Shown here in pieces: positions 25,901-39,288 of a stretch of DNA of 64,000 bases. The notes under the pieces are model-generated. The model worked only from the letters and a program-made list of their open reading frames with translations, searched no databases and was not told the origin of the DNA. Each line of letters starts with the position of its first letter. Position 1 is the stretch's first letter. Both the position numbers and the translations under genes were made by a program. The stretch is taken from assembly GCA_016748015.1 (NCBI GenBank), contig JAAOMT010000790.1, forward strand, positions 75,479 through 139,478, read 5' to 3'. Source of the stretch: Geosiphon pyriformis uo1. Taxonomy: Eukaryota; Fungi; Glomeromycota.

Positions 25901-28089
25901 CACAGGATTTGATCTGAAATATCCAGAAAAAAAAGCCATCAAATTGGAACCAAATTTGTGCACATGTATTGATCTCAAAATAGCTCTGGAAATTCTAGCA
26001 ACAACCATGGTTCAATTAGCATCTAGAAATAGCCTAGCAAAAAAAAGAATCAACATCAAAGAAGGAATGATTGATGCAGGATATGTAGAAAATATTATTG
26101 CTATGCTACAAAATGACTCTGAAAAAACTTATATCATAAAGCCAAATGAAAAGATAGCACAAGCAATATTTCTATCTTTGATAAAAATAGCTCAATTAGT
26201 GTTAGTGGGAAACAGAGAAGAATTAGGAATTACTGCTAGAGGGATACAAGGATTCGGATCAACAGGTAAAATAGACATACTAGTTAATATGGCAGAGGAA
26301 GAGGTTATTAACAAAAGAGAAATTATCTCAATCCATCAATCAATTTCTATTCCACCATATGATCAGTATATGTTACCTATAAAAAGAGAAGTAAAGAATC
26401 AGGCTCAGTTGTTTGAAACAGAAGCCACCATTTGCGAATCAGAGGAGATTGGACTTACTAATCTCTACATATTAACCAAAAGCCCCAAAAACATCAAAAT
26501 TCTCATCTACAACACAACCAAAAGTGTCATTGAAATACCAAAAGGAACTATTATTGGATATTTGACCACTAAAGTTGAGGATCAACCACCAAATCACATT
26601 TCAGATTTTCCACAGCTTTGCAGATATGTGGACATTACATCACAAACCATCTATGGACAAAGTAAATATTATCTGCTTTAACCAGAACAATTAGAATAGA
26701 TGAACATGAGGAATCTAGATCCACTTCAACAGATGCAACTCAAGATATTACTCAACAATTTCAATGACATTTTTGCTAGCAAAAATGAATTTGGCTGAAC
26801 CAACATCATCTGGCATCAGATCAAGACTGGAGATACAATGCCAATTAAACAAAGAGCATACAGATTACCACCAGCTAGCCATGAGATCATTTATCAAGAA
26901 ATCAACCAGATGCTTGACAATAGGCTAATTCAGCCATCAATGAGTCTATGGTCATCACTAGTAGTACTAATCCATAAGAAGAATGGAAAAATTTGTTTTT
27001 GTGTAGACTACTAGAAACTTAATGAAGTAACAAAAGGTGATAGCTATCCAACTCCAAAGATCCAAAAACTATTCGATGCTTTTGGAGGAAATAAATGGTT
27101 TTCAATACTGGACTTAGATAGTGGTTACTGGCAAATAACCATGAATTCAGCCGACAAAGAAAAAACAGCATTCACTACAAGAGAAGAAAATTTTGAGTTT
27201 GAAGTCATGCCATTTGGCTTGATGAATGCTCTAGCAACATTCCAATGGCTTATGGAAATTGTTTATACTGGATTACTATGGAAATTAGTAGTCATATACT
27301 TGGATAACACCAATGTGTTCTCAAAAACATTTGATAATCATTTGTATCATTTCCAACAAGTATTCAAAAGGCTAAGAAAAGCTGGATTGAAACTAAATGC
27401 AACCAAATGTTTCTTTGGAAAAACTGAACTCAAGTTTTTGGGACATGTGGTGAGCAAAAACAGATTCAGACAAGATCAAAATAGTTAAGAACTTTTTAGT
27501 ACCAGCCAACTTGTTAGAACTAAGGACATTTTTGGGATTCACAGACTACTATCACTGTTTCATCAAGGACTTTTCTAAACTAGCTCAGCCACTTCACCAT
27601 CTACAAACCAAAAATGTAAAGTATGAATGGACTGAAGCTCAACAAGAAGCATTCAACACATTGAGAAGAAAGCTTATTCAAGCTCCAGTATTAATGTATT
27701 CAGATTACAACAAACCATTTATCATTACTACTGATGCATCAGGTCAAGCATTGGAAGCAGTATTATCACAAAAAGAACTTGATGGAAGAGAGCATCCAGT
27801 AGCTTATGCCAGTAGAAGTTTAAGTCTAGCTGAAAAGAACTATAGAACTCTAGTACTGGAACACTTAGTAATCTATTGGACTGTCATCAAATAGAGAGAA
27901 TACTTGAGCCAAAAGTTTGAAATATATATGGATCACAAAGGATTGACTTCAATTCAGAAACAAAAATTTGCAAACAATCATCATGCCAGATGGAAAATAG
28001 AACTTTCACCATTCAATTATACAGTACATTATAAAAAAGAAAAAAACAATAGAAATGCCAATGGATTGTCGCAAATAAGACAAATTTAA
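22959..28089 (+). pseudogene. Element A gag(3')-protease-Cys-rich-dUTPase-RT-RNase H
   Basis: CHYCGKQRHLQINC at 23584-23625, LILNSRS, dUTPase at ~25840-26270, YLDN, TTDAS, DHKGL, ending NGLSQIRQI*. Confidence 0.92.
25840..26270 (+). pseudogene. dut: dUTPase domain in element A
   Basis: TGFDL, RNSLA, GMIDAGY, KIAQ and RGIQGFGSTG. Confidence 0.93.
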
Positions 28090-28119
28090 AAACATTTCAA
28101 CCCAAAAATATAACAAAAG

Positions 28120-29494
28120 ATAAACACACAAAAATACCAACAACTCCAGCATTATATAAATACTCAATTATTCAAGGAGAAATTATCTCAAAAAGAACAA
28201 AACAACATAAAACAGCAATCAAAATATTTCATCAATCATCAAAATATACTTTACCAGAAAAACAGAAGAAATCCAAACCAACCAACCAGAGTAATTACAG
28301 AATCAAAAAAAGAAACAATATTGTTTAACATGCACTCAGATCCAACAGCAGGACATTTTCATAAAGAAGCAACCATAAAAAGAACCAGAAAAAGATACTA
28401 TTGGTCATTAATGTATCCAAACATTATCCAATATGTTCAAAGTTGTAATGTTTATCAAAGAAGAGGTGAAACAAAACCCAGTGAACTATTAAGACCAATC
28501 AAAGTAAGACAACCATTTGATTACATTGGAATTGACTTAGTTAGACCATTAACAATCACCAGTAGAGGCAACAAATATATTGCAGTAGCTATAGACTATC
28601 TCACAAAATGGCCAGAAGCAAAAGCCATTCAAAGAGCAGATGCAAAATCCATTGCTGAATTTGTCTATCAAGATTTGATATGTTGACACAGATGTCCAAA
28701 AGAACTACTATTAGATCAAGAAACCCATTTGTGAATAAAACATTAACAAAATTAAGTCAGAGATTTGGGATAAAAAGACTATTATCATCATCATATCATC
28801 CACAAACCAATAAACTAGTTGAAATATTCAATAGAACATTGTGTGAAGCAATCGCCAAAATCAGTCAAAAAAACCAAGATGAATGGAATTTGTTTATACC
28901 ATCAGTATTATTTGCTTATTGAACAATGAAACAAAATACTATACAAGCAATACCATTTGAATTAGTATATGGTAGAACAACAACATTACCAGTTGAGATA
29001 AAGGTCAACACATATCCAACTGAGCCAATAACAGAAGCTAATTTCCAAGAAACATTGTTGAAAAGAACATATGACCTAATGAAAACACTAGAAAACAGAT
29101 AACGAAAAGCAGCTGATAACATTCAAAAGTCTCAAAAAAAGCAAAAAAAACGACATGATAACCAATTACTAGATAAACCAGTTAAATTCAAGATTGAAGA
29201 CAAAGTACTTTTACATTGTATCAAAGCAGAAAAACAATGAAATAGAAAATTTGACTCCAAATGAGACAGATCATTTCACATAAAAGAAATTTTTGAAAAT
29301 AGAGCTTATAAATTAAGATGGGACAATTAAATCTTAACCAAAGCAGCACATAGTAATTGACTGAAACTATATCACCAAATAGCATCATCATCCACCAATA
29401 ACATTCCACAATTGGGAGTACAATGAATACTAGTTCAACCAGAAGAAATTTTATAAGATCTGAAACAATTATAATCATTGGACCAAACATGTAA
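28120..29494 (+). pseudogene. Element A integrase (separate ORF, start codon reads ATA)
   Basis: HSDPTAGHFH...CNVY, IGIDLV, DYLTKWPEA, YHPQTNKLVE. Confidence 0.9.
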
Positions 29495-29558
29495 AATCAA
29501 ATAATGAAAGAGTATATAAAGACACAATATACACAACAAAGGCAACCAAGAAAAAAAA

Positions 29559-30194
29559 ATGGAAATACCAAATCATATTCACATCATAGCTCAACAATTA
29601 TTTCAGGCCTTAAGTCAACAATCTTTAGACATAAAAATTATCATTAACAACCAAACAATTTGCTATCGAAACACCAAAAAAAAGACAAAAAATACACCAT
29701 ATTAGTGGTTACCAAAAAATGATAAAAACTGGTCAGATAAAATAATAGAAAAAGTAAAGAACACTTTTGGAAAAATACCTATTATGGCACCAACAGAAAA
29801 ACTTACAAAAGAAAATTGGAAGCAATAGACAGAACAACTTTCAATATCATACTGTTACTACCAGTTAGGTCGAAAGTCAAATATTCAAGAGTTGTATATC
29901 AACAAATCCAAGAGGATATTTAACCAAAACATAATACAGCAAATTGAAGAATTTATTGGGAAAAAGATGAACTCAACACTACATGTGAGAACAATTTACC
30001 AACTGCACAATATATTTCAGAACTATCCAAAAATACTGTTACACTCTAACATGGAAACCATAACCATTAACCAATAGGGAAGAATGAACAATATACAAGT
30101 AGAAGACATGAAAAATAAAGTTGAACAAACAATACTAGAAAAAAAAGTATTAGAGCTAATTCAGAATGAAGATTTTGATAGAGCTCAATATTAA
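29559..30194 (+). pseudogene. Element A ORF3 (unknown protein, ~211 aa)
   Basis: MEIPNHIHIIAQQLFQAL...RTIYQLHNIFQNYPKILL...DFDRAQY*. The frame is preserved to the PPT, with a few internal stops. Confidence 0.75.
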
Positions 30195-30208
30195 AAAAGA
30201 GGAGATAA

Positions 30209-31043
30209 TGTTACTCATAAAAAGAAAAACAGATATAAAAAGAATAGTAGACCAATGAGTGAATAGTATGTAGCACATGAGCACATTGCTCAGCAATATA
30301 GAACAATATTAGAAAACATGAGCAATGTGGAGTGATATTAGAAAATTAGAGTACATCACTTAGCAATATGAGCATTGCTCAAGAAATTATAGCACATTGC
30401 TCAAGAATGTGAGTGATCTCGTAGAACATTAATTATGTATATATAGTGATAGCATTAGAAGTAAAAAGATAAGAATCTTTTAGTTAGAAATTTTCCATCT
30501 ACAAATATTAAATAAATAAATCATTCACTATCCAAATCCACTTTCCACTATCAACACTTTATGTTGATAGTAATTAATACTTAATCACACTGGAACAATA
30601 GCTTTTAATCATGGCTATTGACAAGATATTAACGTGCACATTGCCTTGGCTCATTTTTTTATTTTTTTTTATTTTTTTCTTTCTTTGATTTTTACTGTTG
30701 TATATTAACTGATTAAGGATTAAAGTGCTGAGTAATTGACATCATGGATAGCCTGGTAAAAGACCCAGAAATAAGAGTAAAATTATATATATATTAATGA
30801 ATAGCTTACCAGAAGGGCACAACTGCCAGAATAAACCAGCCACCAAGCTGAAAACAAAAATTGGAAACACAACTCACCAACCAACTACATTATAATTGAA
30901 TCTCTGTTCATTATACAAAAGACTCAACTCTAAAAACCTTCAGATACAACCAATGTACCAGTATCACCAGCATTGTCAAAATATTGAGCACCAAGTTACG
31001 GATTTGTTATTTGATTTAAGATCCCAAATAATTATCTGTAATA
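30209..31043 (+). repeat. 3' LTR of element A
   Basis: TGTTACTCAT...TCTGTAATA (CA>TA), preceded by the PPT. Confidence 0.95.
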
Positions 31044-31047
31044 GTAT

Positions 31048-33975
31048 TGATCAAAACAGCTTATAAAATCCTTTCCAAGATTCTTTCTGATAGGATTTTT
31101 TTGGCATGCAGCACTTTTAATGTTTTTCATAGGGACAATTTTTCTGTTTTAAAGAGTATGTTGATTCAGTCTTCTATTTTTGCAGTTGGTTTAGTGGTTG
31201 AGGATACATTGGAAAAGAATCAAGAACTTTGGCTGGTTTTGTAGAATATGCAGAAAGCATACAATTCAGTTGGCTGAGAACATCTTGAGAAAAGTTTGGT
31301 TAGGATCAAGATGTGCGACAAGTTTATTCAGTTTTTTGGTAGTATTCATAAAAATTGTACCAACAGGGTGATGACAGACTTTGGGTTGATGGATGGTTAT
31401 TGTGTATATAATAGTTTGGACCAAGGAAAAAATTTTTCTCCTCTTCTGTGGTGTATATTTTATGATTCTTTACTGTGCAAAGTCAAAAAGCAGAAAAGCA
31501 TGTGTGGTTATAGATTAAGTTCTCATTTTATTTCAAAAAATGGTTGTATTAAGTCCCAGACTGGACTTTCTTCTTTTTTTGCAGCTAGTGCTTTTGTTAA
31601 TGATACAATTTGAGTTGGTAGTAGTCAGGCAGCTACTTAACATATTCTTGACATTGCTAGTGAATTTTTTTGGATAAATGACATTTTCATTAATAATAAT
31701 AAAACAGTGGCCATTCTCATCAATTGCAGAGTCAGTAATCTTTCTCTTTCTATCAGTGGCTTACCAATTTCTATTGCCAAAAAGGGTGAATTTCATCGAT
31801 ATTTGGGTATTTTTCTTTCAACTAAAGGCCTATTAAGACCTAGTTTGGTAAAGGCAAATTTGGACATTTGTTTTTTTACCAATTTGGTCTTGACAAAAGC
31901 TGTCTCAGATAAGCAGTTCTTATATTTGGTATTAGCAGTTTTTTATCCTATAGTTAGTTATAGAATGCAGTTCAGCATTGTTCCTGTTGATATGTGTAAC
32001 AAATAGGATGCTTTGATTCATAAGAAATTGAAGCTTAAATCTGGCTTACTCCTCAATTTTTCTAGTGATACAATTTATCACCCCTTTTTTTATGGTTTGA
32101 AGTCTTTCTTTCAAGTTCAGTCTGAGAGCAAAGTGACTTCTCTTGTTAGTTTTGCAAACTTTAATGGTATTTTGGGTCGTTTGTTCTCTTACAGATCTTA
32201 TGACTTGCAAGTTTTGTGCTGGCATCCTGTTTATTTTTTGAGTTCTCCTGTTCGTATTTGTGTTAGTGCTTCAAATAACTTTCTGGCAGGCATAGTTTGC
32301 ATTCTTTTTGATTGTAATTTGTCCTTAGGTGGCTCTTTGGCCACTTTTTTTTGATTTTATGGTGGGGTCCCTATGTTTTCTGTTCTGAATGAGTCACAGT
32401 TTCTTAGGTTTTTTTTTTTCTCTAACAGTATGGTATTGTCTTTGTGGATCAACTTTGTGATCATCGTGGTTCTATCTTTAATTGACACATCTTTAAGCAT
32501 TGGAAGAGGTTAGACCCCCATGGCTTTGTTCCTAAGTGGTTTAGGCTTTCTGTTGCATTTTTTGATGGTAAAGGTTTCTCTCTTACTTGCCCCTCATTTT
32601 TGGATGGTGTTAGTTCTTTAAACATTTTTAAGTCTCATAATTTTGTTTCTGTCTGTAATCATCTTTTGCAAGCTGGTATTGACAGTTTGTTAATGTATAC
32701 AGATGGGTCTCTTAGTGGTCTGAGCACAGCTAGCTGTAGAGCTGGTGCTGCCACTTTTTTTGAGGACATTGATTTGGGTTTGGGTATTGGTGTGTTAGGT
32801 TTGATGTTGTCTACTTTGGCGGAATTGCAGGCTATTGCTCTGGCTCTAAAGTGTGTCCCTTTACTGAGCTCTATTAAATTGTTTTTGGATAGCCAATCTG
32901 CTCTGAATGTCTGTAGATCAGAATTGGGTCTGGTGTGTCCCAACTTTTATAATCAGTGTTGGGTGGAGCGTCATTATATTGTTAATGTTATTTACAGTAA
33001 AAATCTGAGGGTCAGCTGGCATAAGGTTAAAGGTTACTCTGATGTTTTAGGGAATGAGCGCGCTAATGCAATTGCTGGTAATGCTTCTTTTTCTAGTTGG
33101 CATTTTTCTCCTCACTTGGGTGAATGCTTCATAATGACTAATGGTAGTGTTGTTTCAGGCAATTTCAGACACTTTGTCCATGATATTTATTATTCCATTT
33201 GTTATATGCACTGGGAGGTTGGTTCTGATTCCAGGTTTTTGGCAGACAGTTTGCTTTCTGAAGTTGATTGGCTTCATTTATTTTTGGTTTGGCACCCTGA
33301 CTTGCACATAACTGCTGGTTTCACCAGCAAACTCTTGGCTAATGCACATACTTATTTTATAAAAGCTTTACACCACTGGCTGCCAATTGCTATTCAGAAA
33401 TGCCTTTATAATAGACTCTATCCAAGTGTTTTGTGCTTATATTGTGGTAATATGAAAATGTCAGATCATGTGTTTTCTTATAAGATTGATGATTCTGCTC
33501 AACATCAGTTATTGAAATTTTATGTAGACTCCTAGAAGGCAGTTTTGGTCTCTTTCATTTTTCTTCAGGCATATTACAACTGTTGTTATCCTGTGTTTTT
33601 GACTTCTCTTTGTCCATGGCTCTTTATAAAAGTTTTGTTTTTAATGGTTGGTTTTACAAAGTGGTCACCATCTTTCAAGATTCCAAGATTGCTGGTTTGG
33701 AGATTGTCAAATTTGTGTACTCTTTTAGTCTCACTTTTAGAAGTGATGTCTGGTCAGTTTGTGCTAAACATTGTGCTTATATGGAGAAGAAAGAGTTGAT
33801 TTCTCTTAATGGCTTGGTCCTCGTCTCAGTTTCTGGTTTGGCCTCAAGGTTGTCAGCTAAGATGATCAAATTGCTTGGCATTGCCAATGCTTTTGGTGTT
33901 TGTTTTGGCTTTTGCAAATTTTGTTTGTTTTTTTTAGGCATAGGTAATTTAGTTTCAGTTCACATAGCTGCATAG
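31048..33975 (+). pseudogene. LINE-1 ORF2 3' part: RT, RNase H, C-terminal Zn knuckle
   Basis: DQGKNFSPLLW, AFVNDT (FVDD), YLGI, YTDGSL, AELQAI, DSQSA, KVKGYSDVLGNERAN, CLYCG...DHVFS. Confidence 0.92.
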
Positions 33976-34448
33976 TGTTGTTCTGATTGGTCTGAATAGC
34001 TGGTCACATGTAGAAAATACATGATTCATGCCTAGTATAGATTATTTTTTTGATGTATAGCACTAGGTAGTATTTAGATCTCACTTGTAAAGCAAATAAT
34101 AAAAAAAAAAAGTAATATAAAAAAATAATCTAAATAAAACATTTTGTTTTAAAAATTATTTTAAAAAATTATGTAATTTTTAATCTATATATATAATATA
34201 AAACAAATAATATAAATTAATTTTATATAATAAAACTATATAATATTTATATTATCTAAAATATTATATAATACTTGAAATAATTATACAAATATAATAT
34301 ATAAATAATAATTATATAATTTGACCAGTTTTATTTTGTATAATTGTTGTTTTTTTTTATACAATTGTATTTTTTTTTGTGTAATATTTATGTTTTTATG
34401 CAATAAATAAATTCAAAAAGCCAGTTTTATTAAAAATAAAAACTAAAC

Positions 34449-37190
34449 TTTTTATTATTATTAAATGTTTAATAAGTAAAGTCTAATTGTTATCTAATAC
34501 ATAGAATTAAACTAAATAGCTCAAACTAAATACAGTTTACACTTTTATTATATATAATCAATTATTTAGACCAGACAAAACAACATTAACTGTTTATACT
34601 AATAAATATATCTTTACTTAAACCAGAAAAGAAAAGGCACTGTTTGTGTTTACCAAAACTGACTGCAAAAAACTTTACTATATTAAACAACTGAATCATT
34701 TCATCTAATAACACAGATATCATACAACAAAACAAACCTAAAATCATGTCATCATTTTTAACCAACTTAGTTTTTTTTATATTTATTCTATGCTTAAATT
34801 TTATAAGCCATATTTTAGTCTAATGCAATTCTACTAAATATTCTATATATTTAACAAAAATAAAAACTGTCTTTATCTTTCTATCAAAAACTATAGCAGT
34901 TTTGACATACTAGTTTTTTAGTACAAATGTTTTGCAAATTGTAATATACAAATCTCTGTTTGCCAAACAATAAGAAAATATTTGCAAAACAGCAAAGAAA
35001 AATAGATAATAAGCATCTATTAATAACACTTATTTCTTAGAAGCTTTTGCCAAAATTTTCTTCCAAATACTATCATCTTTAATACAAGCAAAAACATGAT
35101 TAAATAATTCTATCTCATCACACAGCAAATGCAGCACACTAGAATATGTTTTATTATATAATTTTTTTCTAATTGCTATTAATAATTACCTGTATACAGC
35201 TTTTATTAAATACATATGCTAATTTGCAGACTTTTTATTAATAAATCTGAAAAGTATATATAAATTAGAATATTAAATCTTCACAGTAGCTAGCCAATTC
35301 ACCTTTTTAATCAGCATAGTTAGGATCATATTATAACCAAAGCTGATTTTCTATTAAACATAACAAATAAATCTGTACAAATTATAAACAAAATAACAAG
35401 TATTATTAGATATAACTGTATTTTTAGCCAACATAAAACATTTTTGCATTCCAATTTGTAAAAAAAAAGAAGAGTAAGCAGTCTTACTTGTTATCATATC
35501 AGCTTAAACATTGTCTAAAATATCTGAATAATCTTTAATCTTTATCTATGTAACAAAAATATTTTTATCTCTAATCAGATTAGTAATATGTCTTTTTTCT
35601 ATTTAACATTAATTATAGAAGTTTAATACAGCAAACAAAACTTTAAAAATACATATATTAATAACAGATTAACTATTTAGATATAAAACTACTATACAAA
35701 AAAATAGAACACATTTTAAAAACAAAGCAATAGTCTATAATTTGGCCATTATAAAAAACAGAAGCCTATATATTTTAACACTAATATTTGTATTTACAGC
35801 TGGAAAGTAGACAACTGTTTTACTAATGACTCCAGTAGAACCAACACATTTTAAAGAATTATTTATATAAATCTCAATAAAATCAAACCAAATTTTAAGC
35901 AAGCCCTTCTGTATATTAGAAAACTTTTTAGATCTTAAAATATCTAAATTAAGTGATTCACTGGCATCAACAAAATCAATCACTAAAAAACTTTTATCAA
36001 TTAAAAACTCAAATGCTAATTTGAATCAATAAGACACAAAACTTTTCAAATCTAACCTTTTTTATTGATGAAATGTTTTTTAGCTTATCATATTTCGTTT
36101 TTTGTTTAAAAATCTGTTACCAAAAGCAATCCCAAACTGCTTCAAAAAAAACAGAGTTGTAATACAGAAACTTTCCCAAAATGTCTGATATTGGGAATTT
36201 ACCAGAATTACAAAATATATTGGACAAATTGTTTATCAAAAATAAATTATTGTTCAAAAATATTTTTACCACTCTAGCCAAAAAATTGTTTACTAGACTA
36301 ACATACAACTTAACAGGAAACTATAGAAGATCCAAAAAGAATTACCCCAAAATTTGCAAATCTAAGAATATTTAATACATTAAAAAAACCAATTAATAAA
36401 GCCATTTTTATTTCAAACTACACTTACTTAAAAGACTTTAAATCATATAAGGATAGATAATACAATACCTTACTAGAAAAATTATGTCTTGGCCTTAAGA
36501 CTTTTTCTGATTATTATATCTTACTTATAATACATAATTAATAAAACAAAACTAAATTATAACCAGTAACTAACTATAGGTTACAAAACAGCCAAAACCA
36601 AATAAAAAATTTGTTTATCTATAATTACTTCTTTTAATACCACATTAAAAAAAAACCTGATATTAGTATAAGTTTGAGCCAAATTAAGCTTAAAAAAACT
36701 CTTAGTTAACAAAAAAATACTTAAGTACTTATACAATTCATCTTTTTTGGCAATCAAAATTGACAAACCACTTATTATTAATGAAACATTTTTAATATTC
36801 TAATTAATAAAAATAGTTATTGTTTTTTTATTATTAATTAAGATATTATTAATATTAAAGAATTTATTAGCAATATTTAAAATGTATTGTGTAGAAGCTT
36901 GACTACTCTTAATCCAAATTGTGTTGTCAATAAAGATTCTAACAGCAAAAAATAATGTTTTTCCTTTAACAGTCTCAATTCTGCCAGTTTTAACCACAAA
37001 TTTTATATTAATTTAGTATTTATACAAGTATTTATGTTTTTTGACTTTACACAAAAATAGATCATAGAAAATTTTTTAGAAAAAAAAAGAGAAAATTTTA
37101 TTTTGATCCAATCCATTATGTATATTGTAATTATTTAAAAGCCCAAAGTTAGTTATTACCCTATTAATCTAATTTTTATGTACAAAGAAA
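34449..37190 (-). mobile_element. LINE-2 3' part (RT, RNase H), heavily decayed
   Basis: IFIDNTIWI (FVDDT), KYLSIFL and EIYINNSL (YTDGSL), homologous to LINE-1. The T-rich tail near 34449 is approximate. Confidence 0.85.
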
Positions 37191-37802
37191 TATAAAAAAT
37201 ATTGGATACTTTTATAATATGTTATATAAAAAAACTAACTTATAAATTGTTTATTTTTTTTTTATATTAAAATACATATTAGTATTTTGTTTGACTTCCA
37301 TTTGCTTTAAAAATAGCTTAAACTCGATATAACATAAACCTGATTAAATTACAATAGTAATTTACAAATATCACATCTTATTTTTCTTTAATCTACTGTT
37401 CTAATTACACAATATTTGAGAGTTGTAAATTACATTGACAAATTTTAACTTCAATATATAATCAAAAATTTTCTATTAAAGTAATATTAGGACTTTGTGC
37501 TGGCCAAGGAAATAATTCAATATTTGAAGAGATAAGAAAAAAACATACAACTTTTGATGTATGAATTGGTATATTTTTTTCCTAAAAAAAAAACTTTTTT
37601 TCAGTTTTTTTTGCATGAAGTTTTACTGTAAAAATTACATAATTAGCCAAGATTTGTAATGTATAACTCCAATAATATAACCAACCAAAAAAACTAAAGG
37701 ACTTAAACCAACCCATGAAAAACATTTTCAAAACATGTGATCAAAGTTTTTTTAATTGTGGCTGCAATACAATCTTTATGAAACTTTTTGAAAGATTTAT
37801 AC

Positions 37803-38613
37803 TATTACAGATGATTATTTAGGATTTCAAATTAATAACAAATTCATAACTTGGTGCTCAATAGTAAATATGGTTGGTACTATCTGAGTTTTTAGTTTCT
37901 GAAGGTTTTGGTGTCTGAAAGTTTTGGTTTAGAGTTTTTTGTATAATGGACAAAAATTTAATAGTGTTTTAGTAGTCTTTCAGAATCACAATTCTGTCAA
38001 ATTTTTTTTTTAGCATGGTGACTGGTAATTTGGCAAAGATGCTTTTTTGGTAAGCTATTCTTAAATCTTCAAACTTTATACTCTTTCTTTGAGGTCTTTT
38101 ACCAGGCTATTTTTGGCATCAATTATTCTATGTATGATCCTTAATCAATTAATAAATAACAAAAAACAAAATAATAGAAAAGAAAAAAATCATAAAAGAA
38201 AAAATAAACCAAGGCAAATTCAAGTTAGTATTCCATTAATAGCCATAATCAAAAACTATTGTTTTAGTATAGTTAAGTATTTGTTGCTATCAACATAAAG
38301 TGTTGATAGTAGAGAGTAGATTGTGATAGTAAATAGTTATTTATTAATATCTGTGATTTTTGAAAGATTGCTTGGATAAAATTTAAACTAAATAGTCTTA
38401 CTAGATAATTTTGTCTTTTCTGTTTCTAATACTCTTGCTATATATACATAATTTAGGTTTTATAAGATTGTTTACATTCTCAAGCAATGTGCTATAATTT
38501 CTTAAGCAATACTCACATTGCTGAGCAATGTGCTCATGTGCTAACTACTACTCTTCTATTGGTCTATCTGTTTTCTTATTATTTTTTTTTCTACATTTTC
38601 TTTATAAGTAATA
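37803..38613 (-). repeat. 3' LTR of element C
   Basis: TATTACAG...AGTAATA with both termini mutated. Matches the reassembled 5' LTR. Confidence 0.92.
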
Positions 38614-38626
38614 TTATCTCCTTCTT

Positions 38627-39234
38627 TTAATATTGAGCTTTGTTAAAATCTTCACTTTAAATTAAGTCTAATACTTTTTTTTTAATACTGTTTGTTCAAC
38701 TTTGTTTTTTATATTTTTGATTTGTATGTTGTTTATTCTTTTCTATTGGTTAATGGTAATTGTCTTCATGTTAAAGTGTAACAACATTTCTGGATAATTT
38801 TGAAATATTGTGTGTATTTAATAGATTGTTTTAATGTGCAGTATTAAATTTGTCTTCTTTTTGATAATATTTTTAATATTCTGTATTATTTTTTAATTAA
38901 ATATTCTTTTGGTTTTATCAAAATATAACTAATAGTAATAATATGGTATTAGAAGTTGTTCTGTCCATTGTTTCCAATTTTTTTTTGAAAATTGTTCTGT
39001 TAGAACAATGATAGATATTTTTCCAAAAGTGTTTTTTACTTTCTCTACTATTTTATCTGACCAGTTTATTGCTTGTTTTTGTGATTACTGGTATAGTGTA
39101 TTTTTTCTTTTTTGTTTGGTGTTTTGATAACAGATTGTTTGGTGGTTGATGACAATTTCCATATTTAATTGCTGTTAACTTAAGACCTAAAACAATTGTT
39201 GAGCTAAGGTGTGAATATGATCTGGTATTTCTAT
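38627..39234 (-). pseudogene. Element C ORF3
   Basis: (I)EIPDHIHTLAQQLF...AQY*, A-type. Confidence 0.7.
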
Positions 39235-39288
39235 TTTTTTTGTTGCTTTTGTCATGTATACTGTGTCTTTATATACTCTTTTGGTTGT

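Larger units (their letters stand above)
10844..31043 (+). mobile_element. Ty3/Gypsy LTR retrotransposon A (type-A LTR), containing element B
   Basis: LTRs at 10844-11689 and 30209-31043, PBS at 11690, PPT at 30193-30208, TSD GTAT (10840-10843, 31044-31047). Excision restores LINE RT NTCPIVLIKTAYKILSKIL. Confidence 0.95.
6321..34109 (+). mobile_element. LINE-1: full-length L1-like non-LTR retrotransposon with RNase H, split by nested LTR insertions (own sequence 6321-7580, 8252-10843, 31048-34109)
   Basis: Pyrimidine-rich 5' UTR, ORF1, ORF2 (APE-RT-RNH-CCHC), poly(A) at 34101-34110, and 16-bp TSD AAGTAATATAAAAAAA at 6304-6319 and 34110-34125. Confidence 0.92.

Noticed and set aside
38089-38298. 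Antisense LTR ORF (also 47960-48250) as a conserved gene
   Set aside because: It is repeated only because the two LTRs of C are copies, and the frame is broken in the LTRs of A and B.
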